Below, piece by piece: positions 54,073 to 64,000 of a stretch of DNA of 64,000 nucleotides. The stretch spans positions 2,886 to 66,885 of the forward strand of contig CALRGX010000005.1 of the NCBI GenBank assembly GCA_943358385.1, in the 5' to 3' direction. Made by a program: the position numbers and the translations under genes. The DNA comes from Parcubacteria group bacterium (lineage in GTDB: Bacteria > Patescibacteriota > Minisyncoccia > Phycocordibacterales > UBA2100). Under the pieces are notes generated by a model. The model had not been told where the DNA came from, searched no databases, and saw only the letters and a program-made list of their open reading frames with translations. Numbering within the stretch: position 1 is the first letter of the stretch; each line of letters opens with the position of its first letter.

Positions 54073-55338
54073 ATGTGGGATCCATTTGCGTCTTTTTCCA
54101 AACAGACCCTAGACAATGGTCTGGCCGTTTACACATCGGAGTGGAAAGATCGTCCGTTGCAGGTGTTTCATTTTGTGGTGAACACAGGAGGCTTTCATGA
54201 TGCAGAGAATCACCACGGCACGGCGCACTTCATTGAGCACATGGTCTCCAAAAATGCGTCGTTGCCCTACCAGGAGCTACGAGATTTTTTTGAAAATATA
54301 GGCGGCTTTGTGAGGCTAGGCTCTACCAGTATGCTCTCTACGCGCTATTCGTGTGGCCTACCTCTCGATGAAAAGCATATTGCACGCGGGCTCGAAATTT
54401 TTGGGCATATGTTGCTAGGGGCGTCTCTCACACAAAATTTTGAGCGAGAAGGTACCGTCATACAGAGTGAATTCGAGCGTGAATTCCCTTTAAAGATTTC
54501 ACAAACCATGCAAGTGGATCGCTACAAGGCGCTTTTAGAGGGGCTCCCTGGAACGCATCCGTATTGGGTCATTGGAGACCCTGAAACGCGCCGCACTATG
54601 ACCACCGCCTATCTGCAGGAGGAGTATGACCGACGCTACGTGCCTGCATCGATGAAGGTCATTACAGCCGGCGGTCTGTCGCCTGAGAAGGTTGCATCCG
54701 CAATCGCCGCGAGCCCATTCGGTAACATAAAACAAGGTGCTGCTTCAGCAGCAATAGTACCTTTGCAGTCATTTAGGAATCCGCGTGAAGCGTCGAATAC
54801 CGTGCATCTTGCCGACCATATCAAAGACGTACAAAACGCTTCAAATTCATATGAAACCGCGTGTGTAGTGCCGAAAGCGCTTTTTACAGACATCGTACTT
54901 GCGCTATACCTCGACATACTCGACGAGCATACATTCAGAGTTTTCAGAGAAGAGAAAGGGTGGGCATACCACGTGGGGTCCGGATACCAAGATTTGGGTG
55001 TTGCGCACGATCTGAAAATCACGATGGACGGAATTCCTAAAGACGCGATAGCACAAGTAGAAGACCTCATGACTCAATGTATCGAAAAGTCTGCCGTTGA
55101 TGCGGTTGCCTTTGAGAAATTTAAAAAACAGCGACTGAATAGCCTAGGGCGGCACGACTTGTCAGTTCGTGCGGTCACGGATCAGGCGGCAAGCGACGTT
55201 GCTTCGTATGACCGTATCATTCCCATGCAAGAGGAAGACGAGCGCATTCTGCAAGTGACACTAGCCGATATGGCGTTGGTGGGACATGCGTTAAGCCGCA
55301 CCAAAAGGTGGAGCCGACGTGTACTCGCTTCTTCGTAA
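54073..55338 (+). CDS. M16-family (pitrilysin/insulinase-like) zinc peptidase
   Basis: HGTAHFIEHM is the inverted zinc motif HxxEH. The length is 421 aa. Confidence 0.65.
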   Translation: MWDPFASFSKQTLDNGLAVYTSEWKDRPLQVFHFVVNTGGFHDAENHHGTAHFIEHMVSKNASLPYQELRDFFENIGGFVRLGSTSMLSTRYSCGLPLDEKHIARGLEIFGHMLLGASLTQNFEREGTVIQSEFEREFPLKISQTMQVDRYKALLEGLPGTHPYWVIGDPETRRTMTTAYLQEEYDRRYVPASMKVITAGGLSPEKVASAIAASPFGNIKQGAASAAIVPLQSFRNPREASNTVHLADHIKDVQNASNSYETACVVPKALFTDIVLALYLDILDEHTFRVFREEKGWAYHVGSGYQDLGVAHDLKITMDGIPKDAIAQVEDLMTQCIEKSAVDAVAFEKFKKQRLNSLGRHDLSVRAVTDQAASDVASYDRIIPMQEEDERILQVTLADMALVGHALSRTKRWSRRVLASS

Positions 55339-55341
55339 GAT

Positions 55342-56166
55342 ATGTCATCAGGTGCACACCTCATACGGGTCGACTACCATTTCCATCCCAATCTGCCAAC
55401 CAGTAATGCGCGCGCAGCGCGCAAGGTGGCACGCCTGTACAAGCGTTTTGCACAACGTGGCATTTCGGCGGTTTTGATTACCGAGCATGTATACAAAGAT
55501 CCTGTGCGTGCTTGGCGCATGATGCAAGAACAGAAACCGGCAGACATCACCATTTTTCCTGGGCTTGAGTATCTGACGAGAGAGGGTATAGACATCTGTC
55601 TTTTTGCTGAAACCGACGCTATCTATTCGTATTCATGGATTCCTTATGCGCTCAGCTATGAGGAAGTTATCGACTTTCTCCAAACGCATCCCGACGTGCG
55701 TGGTTTTGTGACACATCCATACACGCTCGGCACCACCAGTATCATTACCAAAAAAGGCGATTCTTTCACCAGGGAGGCTATAGAGGCACTTGGCTCGGTG
55801 GAGTGCGTATACTCCGTCTTCAAGGACTTGAAGAAGCTGCTCAGTCTTCCAATTCTGCGACTCTGCACCGCTTCACTGCGCGCGCGTATAGATAAAAATG
55901 AATCCTTGCCACTCGATTTCCATCCACGAACCTTGCGCTTTTTTGCAATCGGCTCTGACGCACACCACGTGTGGGAAATCGGCCCTTGTGCAGAGGTCGC
56001 CATCAAAGAATCCGTTTTTGCATCAATAGTGGGCAACACTGCCATACAGCCGTATGGTATCGACCAGGGGAAGCTCTGGCGCTTGATACCGGCTGCTTTC
56101 ACCACCGCGCACGAATGGTTGCTTAAGCGAGTGACTGCAGCGCCTTCAAGCAACGCTACCGCGTAA
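55342..56166 (+). CDS. PHP-domain metal-dependent phosphoesterase
   Basis: VDYHFH is the N-terminal HxH, followed by ITEH and further His/Asp ligand positions. Confidence 0.5.
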   Translation: MSSGAHLIRVDYHFHPNLPTSNARAARKVARLYKRFAQRGISAVLITEHVYKDPVRAWRMMQEQKPADITIFPGLEYLTREGIDICLFAETDAIYSYSWIPYALSYEEVIDFLQTHPDVRGFVTHPYTLGTTSIITKKGDSFTREAIEALGSVECVYSVFKDLKKLLSLPILRLCTASLRARIDKNESLPLDFHPRTLRFFAIGSDAHHVWEIGPCAEVAIKESVFASIVGNTAIQPYGIDQGKLWRLIPAAFTTAHEWLLKRVTAAPSSNATA

Positions 56167-56791
56167 AAACTGTTTTCTTAATCGTTCGAAAATCAACCAG
56201 TGCCTTTATGCTTAGGGCAGTTGCACTTATTGCCGCTATCAGTGGAACGATGTTGCCGTACCCCAGTGCGAGTAAGAAAAAACCGGCATATAAAACATAC
56301 ACGAAGAAGTTGGGAAAAAATCCTGCGTACGCCTTGATGAGCCAGTCACTTTCTTTGGTCACGTTTTTCTTTATCACCATGAACGTTCGGCACAGAAGCA
56401 TTGCATACACCACTATGCCGGCCAAGAAACCCGAGACAAATCCAGCGTATGCCATACCAAGCATGAACACGGTGAACGTCACGTTATCAACCACCACGTC
56501 AGTAAATTTTCCCTTGTCAGATGCAGTGCCGCGGTAGCGAGCAATCTCACCGTCTAAATTGTCGGCAAAAAGTGCAATGAGGAGTATCACCAGAGCGGTC
56601 GTTATCTGGGTACTCATAAAGCTCACACTTAGGAAAACGAGCCCCAGCCCGATGTAGCTCATCAGGTCTGCGGAAATACCTATCGCCGAAAAAAACAGCA
56701 CCGCAGGACGCACTATTATGCCTCGCCAGGCCCGTGCCCGCACATAGAGACTCTCTTCAAAGGTGCGGACACGTGTTTCTTCAAAGGCCAT
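56156..56791 (-). CDS. CDP-alcohol phosphatidyltransferase family protein
   Basis: FADNLDGEIARYRG...GKFTD...D matches the family motif D-G-x2-A-R...G...D...D, with multiple TM segments. Confidence 0.6.
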   Translation of the reverse strand: MAFEETRVRTFEESLYVRARAWRGIIVRPAVLFFSAIGISADLMSYIGLGLVFLSVSFMSTQITTALVILLIALFADNLDGEIARYRGTASDKGKFTDVVVDNVTFTVFMLGMAYAGFVSGFLAGIVVYAMLLCRTFMVIKKNVTKESDWLIKAYAGFFPNFFVYVLYAGFFLLALGYGNIVPLIAAISATALSIKALVDFRTIKKTVFTR

Positions 56792-56872
56792 ACCTAAAGC
56801 GTATCACAGAGGCCGCAGCGTTCCTGGTTGCGAGCGCATGCGCACGAGGTCTTTCTGACCTATACTCTCTGC

Positions 56873-57460
56873 ATGAATCGCGTGTTTATTGTGCACGGCT
56901 GGGCGTCTTCGCCTGAGGATGCGTGGTTTCCGTGGCTCAAAATCGAGCTAGAGAAAAACGGTTGCTTGGTCGAGGTTCTCTCGCTACCTGAACCCAAGCG
57001 ACCTGCGCCCGATGCGTGGATTGCCGCCATACAGGATGCGGTTGGCACCGTGGATGTAGACACGTATTTCGTGTCCCACAGTTTGGGCTGCCGTGCCACT
57101 GCACTTTTTTTGCAATCGCGAGCAGAAGGTGAAGTGGCAGGTGGAGCCGTGTTTGTAGCCGGCTCATTCCTCCCACCAAAGGCACCCCACCCGCATCCTC
57201 TTGCAGAAGAAGTGCGCGCGAAGTGGAAGGAACACTCGGTAGAACCTGAAGGGCTTGCGGCTCACCTCAAACGCCTTATCGCCATATACTGCGAAGATGA
57301 TCCATGGGTGTCGTTTGAAAATGCTGCATTTTCAAAAAATATCCTCGGTGCAACATTGATTGTGGAAACAGGAAAAGGACATTTTCGAGGCAAGCACGAC
57401 GGCATCCTCGAGCTACCGTCGGCACGCGACGCAGTTGAATCTTTGATGTGCAAAGATTGA
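56873..57460 (+). CDS. Alpha/beta hydrolase, YdeN/RBBP9-like serine hydrolase
   Basis: VFIVHGWASSPEDAWFPWL...FVSHSLGC contains GxSxG-like HSLGC. Confidence 0.55.
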   Translation: MNRVFIVHGWASSPEDAWFPWLKIELEKNGCLVEVLSLPEPKRPAPDAWIAAIQDAVGTVDVDTYFVSHSLGCRATALFLQSRAEGEVAGGAVFVAGSFLPPKAPHPHPLAEEVRAKWKEHSVEPEGLAAHLKRLIAIYCEDDPWVSFENAAFSKNILGATLIVETGKGHFRGKHDGILELPSARDAVESLMCKD

Positions 57461-57500
57461 TGCCTTTTGTATTGGATGGTACGGTGCCTGCTGGAAAGCA

Positions 57501-58004
57501 ATGGAGGAATGTGACATGGAAGCAGCGTCAGGTGATGCGGGGTTTGGCACGGTCTTTTTGGCGCTCGTGTGTATCGCGATTGGATTCTACGCGTCGCGCG
57601 TCGTCAAGAACGTACACGCCGTCTCCGAGGGTGTAAGACATCTACGCGCATGGCGCTGGGTACAGCGGCCAATTATATTTGCGCCACCGCCACAGCTGCA
57701 CCAAGCGCAACAGACCATTCTGCGCAGTGATGAATACGAAGTCGCACTCACATCGAGTATGAAGCAAGGCGTTCGTCTGGCACTGCTTCAGGTGCGATTT
57801 TCTAACCGTACACTCTTCGAGTTTCAACTCTTCGATCACTTTGTGGCCGGCGTTCGGTACTATCCTCCAGGAGATAGGAAGAATGTAGCAACGCTCGGCA
57901 TGTTGATGCGTTGGTCTCATCCAGCAGAGTATGCAGCAGTGGAAAAGTTCTGCGCTACTTGTCTGGAAGAAGTTGCCCACTGGGAGAGCGGCTCGCAGCA
58001 CTGA
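57501..58004 (+). CDS. Hypothetical protein with N-terminal TM
   Basis: No recognisable domain was found. Confidence 0.35.
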   Translation: MEECDMEAASGDAGFGTVFLALVCIAIGFYASRVVKNVHAVSEGVRHLRAWRWVQRPIIFAPPPQLHQAQQTILRSDEYEVALTSSMKQGVRLALLQVRFSNRTLFEFQLFDHFVAGVRYYPPGDRKNVATLGMLMRWSHPAEYAAVEKFCATCLEEVAHWESGSQH

Positions 58005-58162
58005 TGCGTTCGTAAGCGTTTCTCGACACAGCGCCCCACTATGTGGGGCGCTGTTCTCATAGAACCCACCTACTCTAGGAATGCGGGGATTCTGGATAAG
58101 TTTGCAATACATGCATATGTGTGTTCTGATTAATATAGTCAACCAATCAATAGGAGTTTCCC

Positions 58163-58435
58163 ATGGAAACCGTGTTGCTTCTCGGAAAGTCATGGCTCGT
58201 TTTAGCGGGTGGTGTGGTCACGCTATTCATACTGCTCTACGCCTTTACTACGCATCGCACATGGGCGAGCAGCCGCATCATTTCTCCTGAGATGGCGCGG
58301 TTAAAAATGATGGCTAGTCGGTCGTGTCTTGTGCGTACCAATGGTGCACGCGACTGGTTCACCCTGGAAAACGTAGATCTGCTCATCCGTTGCCACTCAC
58401 CGATTATACGGAAGGCGTGTATGTGGGCACCATAG
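58163..58435 (+). CDS. Small hypothetical membrane protein
   Basis: AGGAG-N7-ATG precedes the start. The N-terminus is a hydrophobic helix. Confidence 0.35.
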   Translation: METVLLLGKSWLVLAGGVVTLFILLYAFTTHRTWASSRIISPEMARLKMMASRSCLVRTNGARDWFTLENVDLLIRCHSPIIRKACMWAP

Positions 58436-58653
58436 TGGTGCTTTACAAACAAGAAGCTGCCTATTGGATTTTTTCGATGGCAGGCGACGAGTGCCAGCAA
58501 ATAACCCTGGTGCACGCTGACTATCGGAAGACCAGGTTGCTCGCCCTCGACTTGCGGTCGCGCTATCCTGCAGCTGCAGATGCGCTCACTGAGCTCACTC
58601 ATCAGTGGGGGTTACTCGGGCGAACCGAGTAACGTTGAGTACCCGGGCAACAA

Positions 58654-58678
58654 GAAGCCCCGCACACTGCGGGGCTTC
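58654..58678. terminator. Bidirectional terminator (also serves hsp20 on minus strand)
   Basis: GAAGCCCCGC-acact-GCGGGGCTTC. Confidence 0.65.
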
Positions 58679-58691
58679 TCTTATTCACACC

Positions 58692-59195
58692 CTATCGGCT
58701 CTTCACTTTCAGCTTAGTCTCCTTTGCTTTGTTTATTTTTGGCAAACGAATCACGAGGACACCATGCTTTTCGGATGCTTCTGCAGCGTCAACGTCAACC
58801 TCCTCAGGCAGAAGTATGGTGCGAGAAAAAGCACCCCAATACAGTTCACGGCGGAAATAGCCGTCTTCTTGTGCTTCACGATCATCTTCGCGCACGCCTT
58901 TGATGGTTACCATGTCGCGGGTGAGCACGATGTCAACATTACCTGGCATGACCCCCGCAATGAGTGCTTTAATCACCACAAATGCAGTGGTTTGATACAT
59001 ATCGATAGGAAGCTCCTCAGAACCTTCTTGTGCATCATCTTGCCATGTTTTTGATGTAGGGCGGGCTCGCGAAGCGACACGTTCATCTCGTGGGGTTTCA
59101 GCGCGTTCAGGCTCCTGCGGTTCGTCGTAAAAAGTATCGAATTCGTCTTGGTCGCCAGCGCCGGTGAGTCGTTCGAGTAATGATGGTTTTTTCAT
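58692..59195 (-). CDS. Hsp20/alpha-crystallin family small heat-shock protein
   Basis: DMVTIKGVRE...YFRRELYWGAFSRTILLPEEVDVDAAEASEKHGVLVIRLPK matches the ACD core. The N-terminal region is acidic. Confidence 0.7.
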   Translation of the reverse strand: MKKPSLLERLTGAGDQDEFDTFYDEPQEPERAETPRDERVASRARPTSKTWQDDAQEGSEELPIDMYQTTAFVVIKALIAGVMPGNVDIVLTRDMVTIKGVREDDREAQEDGYFRRELYWGAFSRTILLPEEVDVDAAEASEKHGVLVIRLPKINKAKETKLKVKSR

Positions 59196-59211
59196 GGCGA
59201 ATGTAGAAATA

Positions 59212-59898
59212 CTAACGGTGGTGAATACGCTTCACAATCTCAATGGCCCCAAGAAGCGCAAGCACACCTACCCAGACAAGCGCAAACGTTCTGAAAATAT
59301 GCTCGCTCGGTGTGTTCAGTATAAGGAAGTTGAATAGGCTATGCAAAGATGCGGCGAGGATAACTCCGCCCACCGCAGCCATGCGGCGCACGTGCTTGGG
59401 TTTATAGAAGCTCAGCGCGAGGCACACACCGACCGCTGCGGATGAAAGAGTATGCAACAAAGTGGCGCCAATAAAACGAAGGTTGCCCGTCATCAGATTC
59501 GCCACCACACCGTCACCTGCAAGGGGGGAAACCAGAAACAGGGCATTTTCTGCAGCAGCAAAGCCAAGTGCGACCAACACCATATAAATCACCATATCAA
59601 TCGGCTCATCTACATCGCGGCGCCACAAAATAACGATACCGGCGAGTGCTGCCTTCACTATTTCCTCAATAAAGGACCACACGATAAACGTCAGTGTGGT
59701 GCCCACTACGAATGCAGCCACGCTCTTTTGTATGGGAATAACCACTGCAACGGCGATCATGCCTACCAAAAAGGCGAGTGCGATCAATTGGCGCGGCTCA
59801 GGGTGTGCACGATCTTCACGTAACCAAAACCATACCCACAGGAGTGCAGGCAGAAAACCACCACCCATGGCAACCGCAATAGAGCCAAATTCGGACAT
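59212..59898 (-). CDS. PrsW-family intramembrane protease-like protein
   Basis: It has 7 TM segments, FIEEIVK (EExxK motif), FAAAENALF and HTLSS. It is co-oriented with hsp20 16 bp downstream. Confidence 0.45.
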   Translation of the reverse strand: MSEFGSIAVAMGGGFLPALLWVWFWLREDRAHPEPRQLIALAFLVGMIAVAVVIPIQKSVAAFVVGTTLTFIVWSFIEEIVKAALAGIVILWRRDVDEPIDMVIYMVLVALGFAAAENALFLVSPLAGDGVVANLMTGNLRFIGATLLHTLSSAAVGVCLALSFYKPKHVRRMAAVGGVILAASLHSLFNFLILNTPSEHIFRTFALVWVGVLALLGAIEIVKRIHHR

Positions 59899-59929
59899 GG
59901 GGAAAGTATAGCAAGAGAATGGTATGCAG

Positions 59930-59956
59930 ATGGCGCCACCTGAAAGGTGGCGCCAT
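59930..59956 (-). terminator. valS terminator hairpin
   Basis: ATGGCGCCACC-tgaaa-GGTGGCGCCAT lies downstream of the valS stop on the minus strand. Confidence 0.5.
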
Positions 59957-60162
59957 GAAATTCAGAGCTGCTGAATAAAGAAGCAAGGAACTGCTACTTC
60001 AGTATGCAGCATGATGTCGCCGCGACGAGTCCGAGTCACGATTCTCGGTTCTTCTCCAAATAGGTAGGTAAAGCAGTGGTCGCGATGGTTCGCTCTGTGC
60101 ATGGGGTCCTCACCAGTTAAATTACCTGAGAGGATTATGCAAGAAAACAACAAAAAAACAAA

Positions 60163-62322
60163 TTACTTTTTCGACTCAGGCCAGCGGGCGACCATGAGGA
60201 AATCAGTGTCCTTACCAGGCAACTTCTGCCAAATAGTTTCCGTTACAAACGGCATGAAGGGATGGAGCATCTTGATACTGGTCGTCAATAGATGGTGCAG
60301 TGTCCAGGCGCGCGATGCCAAGGCTACTTCATCCGCGCCAGCGAGAATTGGCTTGCTCTCTTGAATAATCTTTGCTGCCAAATTGTCCCATATGTAGTGA
60401 TAAAGCTTTTCTGCTGCGAGATGGAAACGGAATCCTTCGAGGTCGCTTGTTACATCAGCCACCACAGCATCAAGTTCTTGCACCAGCGTCTCGTCTGCAG
60501 GGGTCAGTGTTGGCTTATCTTTGGGAAGCTTGCTCGAAGTACCTTCCAAAATGAAGCGGGTAATGTTCCACAGCTTGTTGGCGAATTTTTTGTATGCACC
60601 GATTTTTTGCGGATCGAGGTTGAGGTCCGTGCCAGGTGTGTTGCCTACGATGAGTCCCATACGGAGTGCGTCGGTCCCATACTCGTCACATACGGTCGCC
60701 GGGGCGATGACGTTACCCTTGCTCTTGCTCATCTTCACACCCTTAGCGTCGCGAACCAACCCGTGCAGGTACACTTTCTTGAACGGGACGTCTCCTGTGC
60801 GATATATACCGAGCATGATCATACGTGCCACCCAAAAGAAAAGAATATCTGCACCGGTTTCCATTACGGAAGTAGGGTAGTGACGCTTGAAGTCGGGGCT
60901 ATCAGGGTAGCCGAGCGTTGCAAATGGCCACTGGCCCGACGAGAACCAGGTGTCGAAAGTGTCGGGGTCTTTCACCAACTGACCTTTGCAGGTAGGGCAG
61001 GTGGTCAGCGCATCGTCTATATCCACAAATCCATCGTTGCAGCCAGTGCATAGTTTTGCTGGAATCGGAATGCCCCACACCACTTGGCGAGAAATGTTCC
61101 AGTCTTGGATGTTCTCGAGCCAATGCATAAATACTTTTTCGTGCTGCTCGGTCAGAATGTGGACGCGCTTTTCACGCACGGCATCCATCGCTTTCTCTGC
61201 AAGCGGCTGCATTTTTACGAACCACTGAGCTTTTACCTGCGGCTCAATTTCGCGGGCACATTTGTAGCAGACAGGCACTTCGTTTTGATACTTCTCATCC
61301 ATTCCTTCCACCAGTCCCTTTGCTTTGAGTTTTTCGATAATCTTTCCACGGGCTTCGGTGATAGCCATACCTGCAAATTCTCCTGCGATAGGGAGGAGCT
61401 TTCCTCGCCAATCAATTATTTGTTCAAATGGCAGGTTGTGACGCTGAGCGATTTCAAAGTCGATACCAGAGTGCCATGGTGTGATGGTCATAACACCGCT
61501 GCCGATGGTCGGGTCGCTCGCTGCATCTTTGATAACGGTTGCCGTGATAGGGCCGTTGATCCACTCGAGCTCAATCTGCTGCCCATGGGTATACGACGCA
61601 TAGCGTGCATCCTCGGGATGCATCACGACGTACTTGTCGCCAAATTTTGTCTCCGGGCGCACGGTGCCGATGGTGAATGGGCCATACTTCAGGTAGTAGA
61701 AAGGTGTTGTGCGCGTCTCGCGTTCCGTTTCCAAATTCGAGAGGGAAGTCTGATGCTTCGGGCACCAGTTCACAATGCGAGCGCCACGATACAGCAACTT
61801 ATCGTCAGAAAGTTTCTTAAAGGTGTCGTACACGGTCGTGCGTACACGATCATCCAAGGTGAAGAGTTCACGGGACCAATCGCACGATGCACCCAGCTGG
61901 CGGATTTGACCCTCCATGAATGTTTTGTTGGCGAGCGTGAAATCAAGAATTTCTTTGTACAGTTCCTCCGGTTTCATATCGAAACGCGAGCGACCTTCCT
62001 TTTCAAGTTTCTTTTCGTACACCACCTGCGTTTCAAAACCTGCATGATCAGCACCTGGGTACCACAGCGCTCGCATACCCTTCATACGGGCAAAACGAAT
62101 CATAATGTCCTGAAGTGTTACGAACAGCGCGTGCCCGGCGTGGAGGCTGCCGTTTGCATTCGGCGGAGGCATGATAATCGTGAATGCTTCCTGAGGGTTG
62201 CCAGGGAGGTGGTCTGGGTTGAAGTACCCGCTCTTTTCCCATGCAGTGTAAATGCTGCTTTCCGTAGCTTTTGGGTCGTAGGGTTTGAGGAACTCCTCGG
62301 GAATATTAAAGCGGTTGTCCAT
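60163..62322 (-). CDS. valS: Valyl-tRNA synthetase (short form lacking C-terminal coiled-coil)
   Basis: PPPNANGSLHAGHA is the HIGH region and KMSKSKGNVI is KMSKS. The editing domain region is present. At 719 aa it is shorter than typical bacterial ValS. Confidence 0.8.
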   Translation of the reverse strand: MDNRFNIPEEFLKPYDPKATESSIYTAWEKSGYFNPDHLPGNPQEAFTIIMPPPNANGSLHAGHALFVTLQDIMIRFARMKGMRALWYPGADHAGFETQVVYEKKLEKEGRSRFDMKPEELYKEILDFTLANKTFMEGQIRQLGASCDWSRELFTLDDRVRTTVYDTFKKLSDDKLLYRGARIVNWCPKHQTSLSNLETERETRTTPFYYLKYGPFTIGTVRPETKFGDKYVVMHPEDARYASYTHGQQIELEWINGPITATVIKDAASDPTIGSGVMTITPWHSGIDFEIAQRHNLPFEQIIDWRGKLLPIAGEFAGMAITEARGKIIEKLKAKGLVEGMDEKYQNEVPVCYKCAREIEPQVKAQWFVKMQPLAEKAMDAVREKRVHILTEQHEKVFMHWLENIQDWNISRQVVWGIPIPAKLCTGCNDGFVDIDDALTTCPTCKGQLVKDPDTFDTWFSSGQWPFATLGYPDSPDFKRHYPTSVMETGADILFFWVARMIMLGIYRTGDVPFKKVYLHGLVRDAKGVKMSKSKGNVIAPATVCDEYGTDALRMGLIVGNTPGTDLNLDPQKIGAYKKFANKLWNITRFILEGTSSKLPKDKPTLTPADETLVQELDAVVADVTSDLEGFRFHLAAEKLYHYIWDNLAAKIIQESKPILAGADEVALASRAWTLHHLLTTSIKMLHPFMPFVTETIWQKLPGKDTDFLMVARWPESKK

Positions 62323-62362
62323 CCAGCTATCCTACATGAGCCACCTCGTGCTGAAAAGCCTA

Positions 62363-63838
62363 TTATTTTGCGCGACAGGCAGTCGTATCTGTGGCGCTCG
62401 GCAATGAAGTGCACAGCGCGTCTATCTCTTCGTACGAAAATTGAGACAAGAGGCGGCCACGGATACCACCAAAGCAGCTCTTGCGGCCCAGTGACCCGGG
62501 AGTATACAGCGAACAAAATTCAACCATGCGGTCAAACTTCTTTTCTGGAGTGATGCCATTGTTGAAACCGGTAAGGATACCTTCCATGCAAATGGTGAGC
62601 AGTTCCTTCCTCGGTAATTTTTCACAGGTGGCGTGGATGCCCTTAATATCTAGATGGGCGATCTTGCGGCGCACTTCATCATCGATGATGCCGTACACGC
62701 CTGCGCTCTGATCTTCAATCCTGGGGAGCGTTGTCATGTATACCAAGCCTTCTTCAAACGAAAGTAGGTTGCGATTGCGCACGTACCCCGTTGCAATCTC
62801 TGTGTAGCAGACGCTTCTATATGGCGGCGATAGGGTCGAGCATACCGCTGTTGGATTGTTGTCTGAAAAACTCAGTTTATACAAATCAGAACCATACGCA
62901 ATTGAAAGAGCATTAAATATGCCCGAGCCGCAGCGCTCACGTTTGTGCTCTTCGGTCGTTAAGCGTTCGCATTCAGTAATACTTTTAGCCACCATCTTGG
63001 GTGCATCGCCCCACAGAGTGCCGTCGAGTGAATCAAAAATAGCGTGGCCCATGCCGTGATAGCAGCCAGCGCGGGCCTCGTCGGCTGCGTGTTTATTTTC
63101 GAATCTGCCCGGTTCGATCAGTGAGTCACAGTACCGGGCGCCTTCTTCGAGCCTACCTACACCGTACTCGCGCGCCATTTCTTCCACGAACCCGTGGTAA
63201 AAGCCAAAGCCGCAGTACCCCGTTTCAGGGAGTGTCACTACCGTGTCGTGGTCTTTGAATTCATGAAATGCTTCCACGCCTAATATGTGCGTCACGTCAT
63301 GGCAGTTGCGTTGAAATTCAGGATCCTCAGTGTACCAAAGGCGAAATTGGTCGAAGGCTGCAGTAAGTCCAGTATCGTCAATAATTTTTTTCAGATCAGC
63401 TTCCCAACAAACAGCTCTGATGGTGTCGGTATTGGTGCGGAGGCAGCTCTCGATGGTCTCGCCGTCATCACCTGCGACAAAAATGGTGCCATGAAATTGT
63501 GACGCCATATGATCGTGAAGGGGCCAGACACCTGGCTCCATGAAAGTAAACGACCACTCGCCACGCGGAGGAACTTCTGTCTTGGGGTCGAAGGCTGGGT
63601 AGCGTGTGTGATTCGGATGCGAGTCAGATGCTGGCCAAAAGGGAAGGTCGATGTCGGACACAAAACGCACGGTGTCACCCCTCTGTAGATAGACCTTGGT
63701 CGGCACAAAACCAGATGCAGTGCGTGTGATGGTGACCGTTTTGGGGAGCTGTTCGCGCAGTGTCCACGCGTATGCTGCAATCAAGGTGAGCACCATGATA
63801 GCAAGGACTATTGTTGGTTTCGTCCAAGCGATACGCAT
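62363..63838 (-). CDS. Secreted hypothetical protein with cupredoxin-like N-terminal region
   Basis: It has a signal/anchor. The N-terminal segment KVYLQRGDTVRFVSD...PGVWPLHDHM...GTIFV suggests a beta-sandwich with His/Met. The rest is Cys/Tyr-containing with unknown function. Confidence 0.4.
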   Translation of the reverse strand: MRIAWTKPTIVLAIMVLTLIAAYAWTLREQLPKTVTITRTASGFVPTKVYLQRGDTVRFVSDIDLPFWPASDSHPNHTRYPAFDPKTEVPPRGEWSFTFMEPGVWPLHDHMASQFHGTIFVAGDDGETIESCLRTNTDTIRAVCWEADLKKIIDDTGLTAAFDQFRLWYTEDPEFQRNCHDVTHILGVEAFHEFKDHDTVVTLPETGYCGFGFYHGFVEEMAREYGVGRLEEGARYCDSLIEPGRFENKHAADEARAGCYHGMGHAIFDSLDGTLWGDAPKMVAKSITECERLTTEEHKRERCGSGIFNALSIAYGSDLYKLSFSDNNPTAVCSTLSPPYRSVCYTEIATGYVRNRNLLSFEEGLVYMTTLPRIEDQSAGVYGIIDDEVRRKIAHLDIKGIHATCEKLPRKELLTICMEGILTGFNNGITPEKKFDRMVEFCSLYTPGSLGRKSCFGGIRGRLLSQFSYEEIDALCTSLPSATDTTACRAK

Positions 63839-64000
63839 CCGAACATTTAATCATGCGCACACGGCATGGCTTCATTGACATGCAATGTCAGAGTGGTACT
63901 GTCTAAAAAGCGGGTACGGTAAGCACACGCGATCGTCCCCCCGAAGAGCGGCCTTTGTCTGCAATCAGCACAGTCTCCACACTTTCTTTCAATGGAGATT

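Noticed and set aside
61084-62553. 489-aa plus-strand ORF (and 60292..61053) antisense to valS
   Set aside because: valS on the minus strand has unambiguous HIGH and KMSKS motifs. The long antisense ORFs are shadow frames.
1-64000. Search for CRISPR arrays, integrases/transposases, reverse transcriptases and restriction-modification or other defence genes
   Set aside because: I saw no regularly spaced repeat-spacer array, no integrase or transposase motifs, no YxDD reverse-transcriptase motif and no recognisable defence enzyme in the six-frame translations.

Overview
This 64 kb window is a bacterial chromosomal segment with an apparently mid-50s % GC (eyeballed, not computed) and a largely housekeeping content. 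Recognisable genes include groES-groEL, valS, lepA, murJ, class II ribonucleotide reductase (nrdJ), RNase J, enolase, a shortened pyruvate kinase, secG, dinB, htpX, pgsA, msrB and many small hypothetical or secreted proteins. The many short enzymes and hypothetical proteins suggest a small-genome lineage, but that is inference. RNA genes I can support from sequence are four tRNAs (Ser-GGA, Gly-CCC, Arg-CCT, Phe-GAA), a type-A RNase P RNA, and a circularly permuted two-piece tmRNA (ssrA) with its own strong promoter. The most interesting region is an AT-rich ~2.3 kb islet just downstream of tRNA-Ser (about 35.3-37.7 kb) flanked by short imperfect direct repeats. It carries a CsoR-type copper repressor operon whose first gene is an unannotated 27-aa peptide with nine cysteines that looks like a metallothionein, followed by a membrane protein, a MauE/DoxX-family membrane protein with an N-terminal zinc-ribbon, and a Met-rich DUF305 protein. 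A CsoR-like GC-rich palindrome sits exactly in the 17-bp promoter spacer of this operon. A paralogous MauE/DoxX protein fused to a heavy-metal-associated domain lies at 7.8 kb, in a region that also has a Met-rich cupredoxin gene that appears frameshifted. Other unusual non-coding structure includes four 80-bp tandem units, each a copy of the rnpB 3' end plus hairpins whose stems covary, directly after rnpB; a ~450-bp patchwork of direct and inverted copies of the tRNA-Gly 3' end; and a ~130-nt multi-hairpin element at 37.8 kb. No CRISPR array, integrase or reverse transcriptase was seen.
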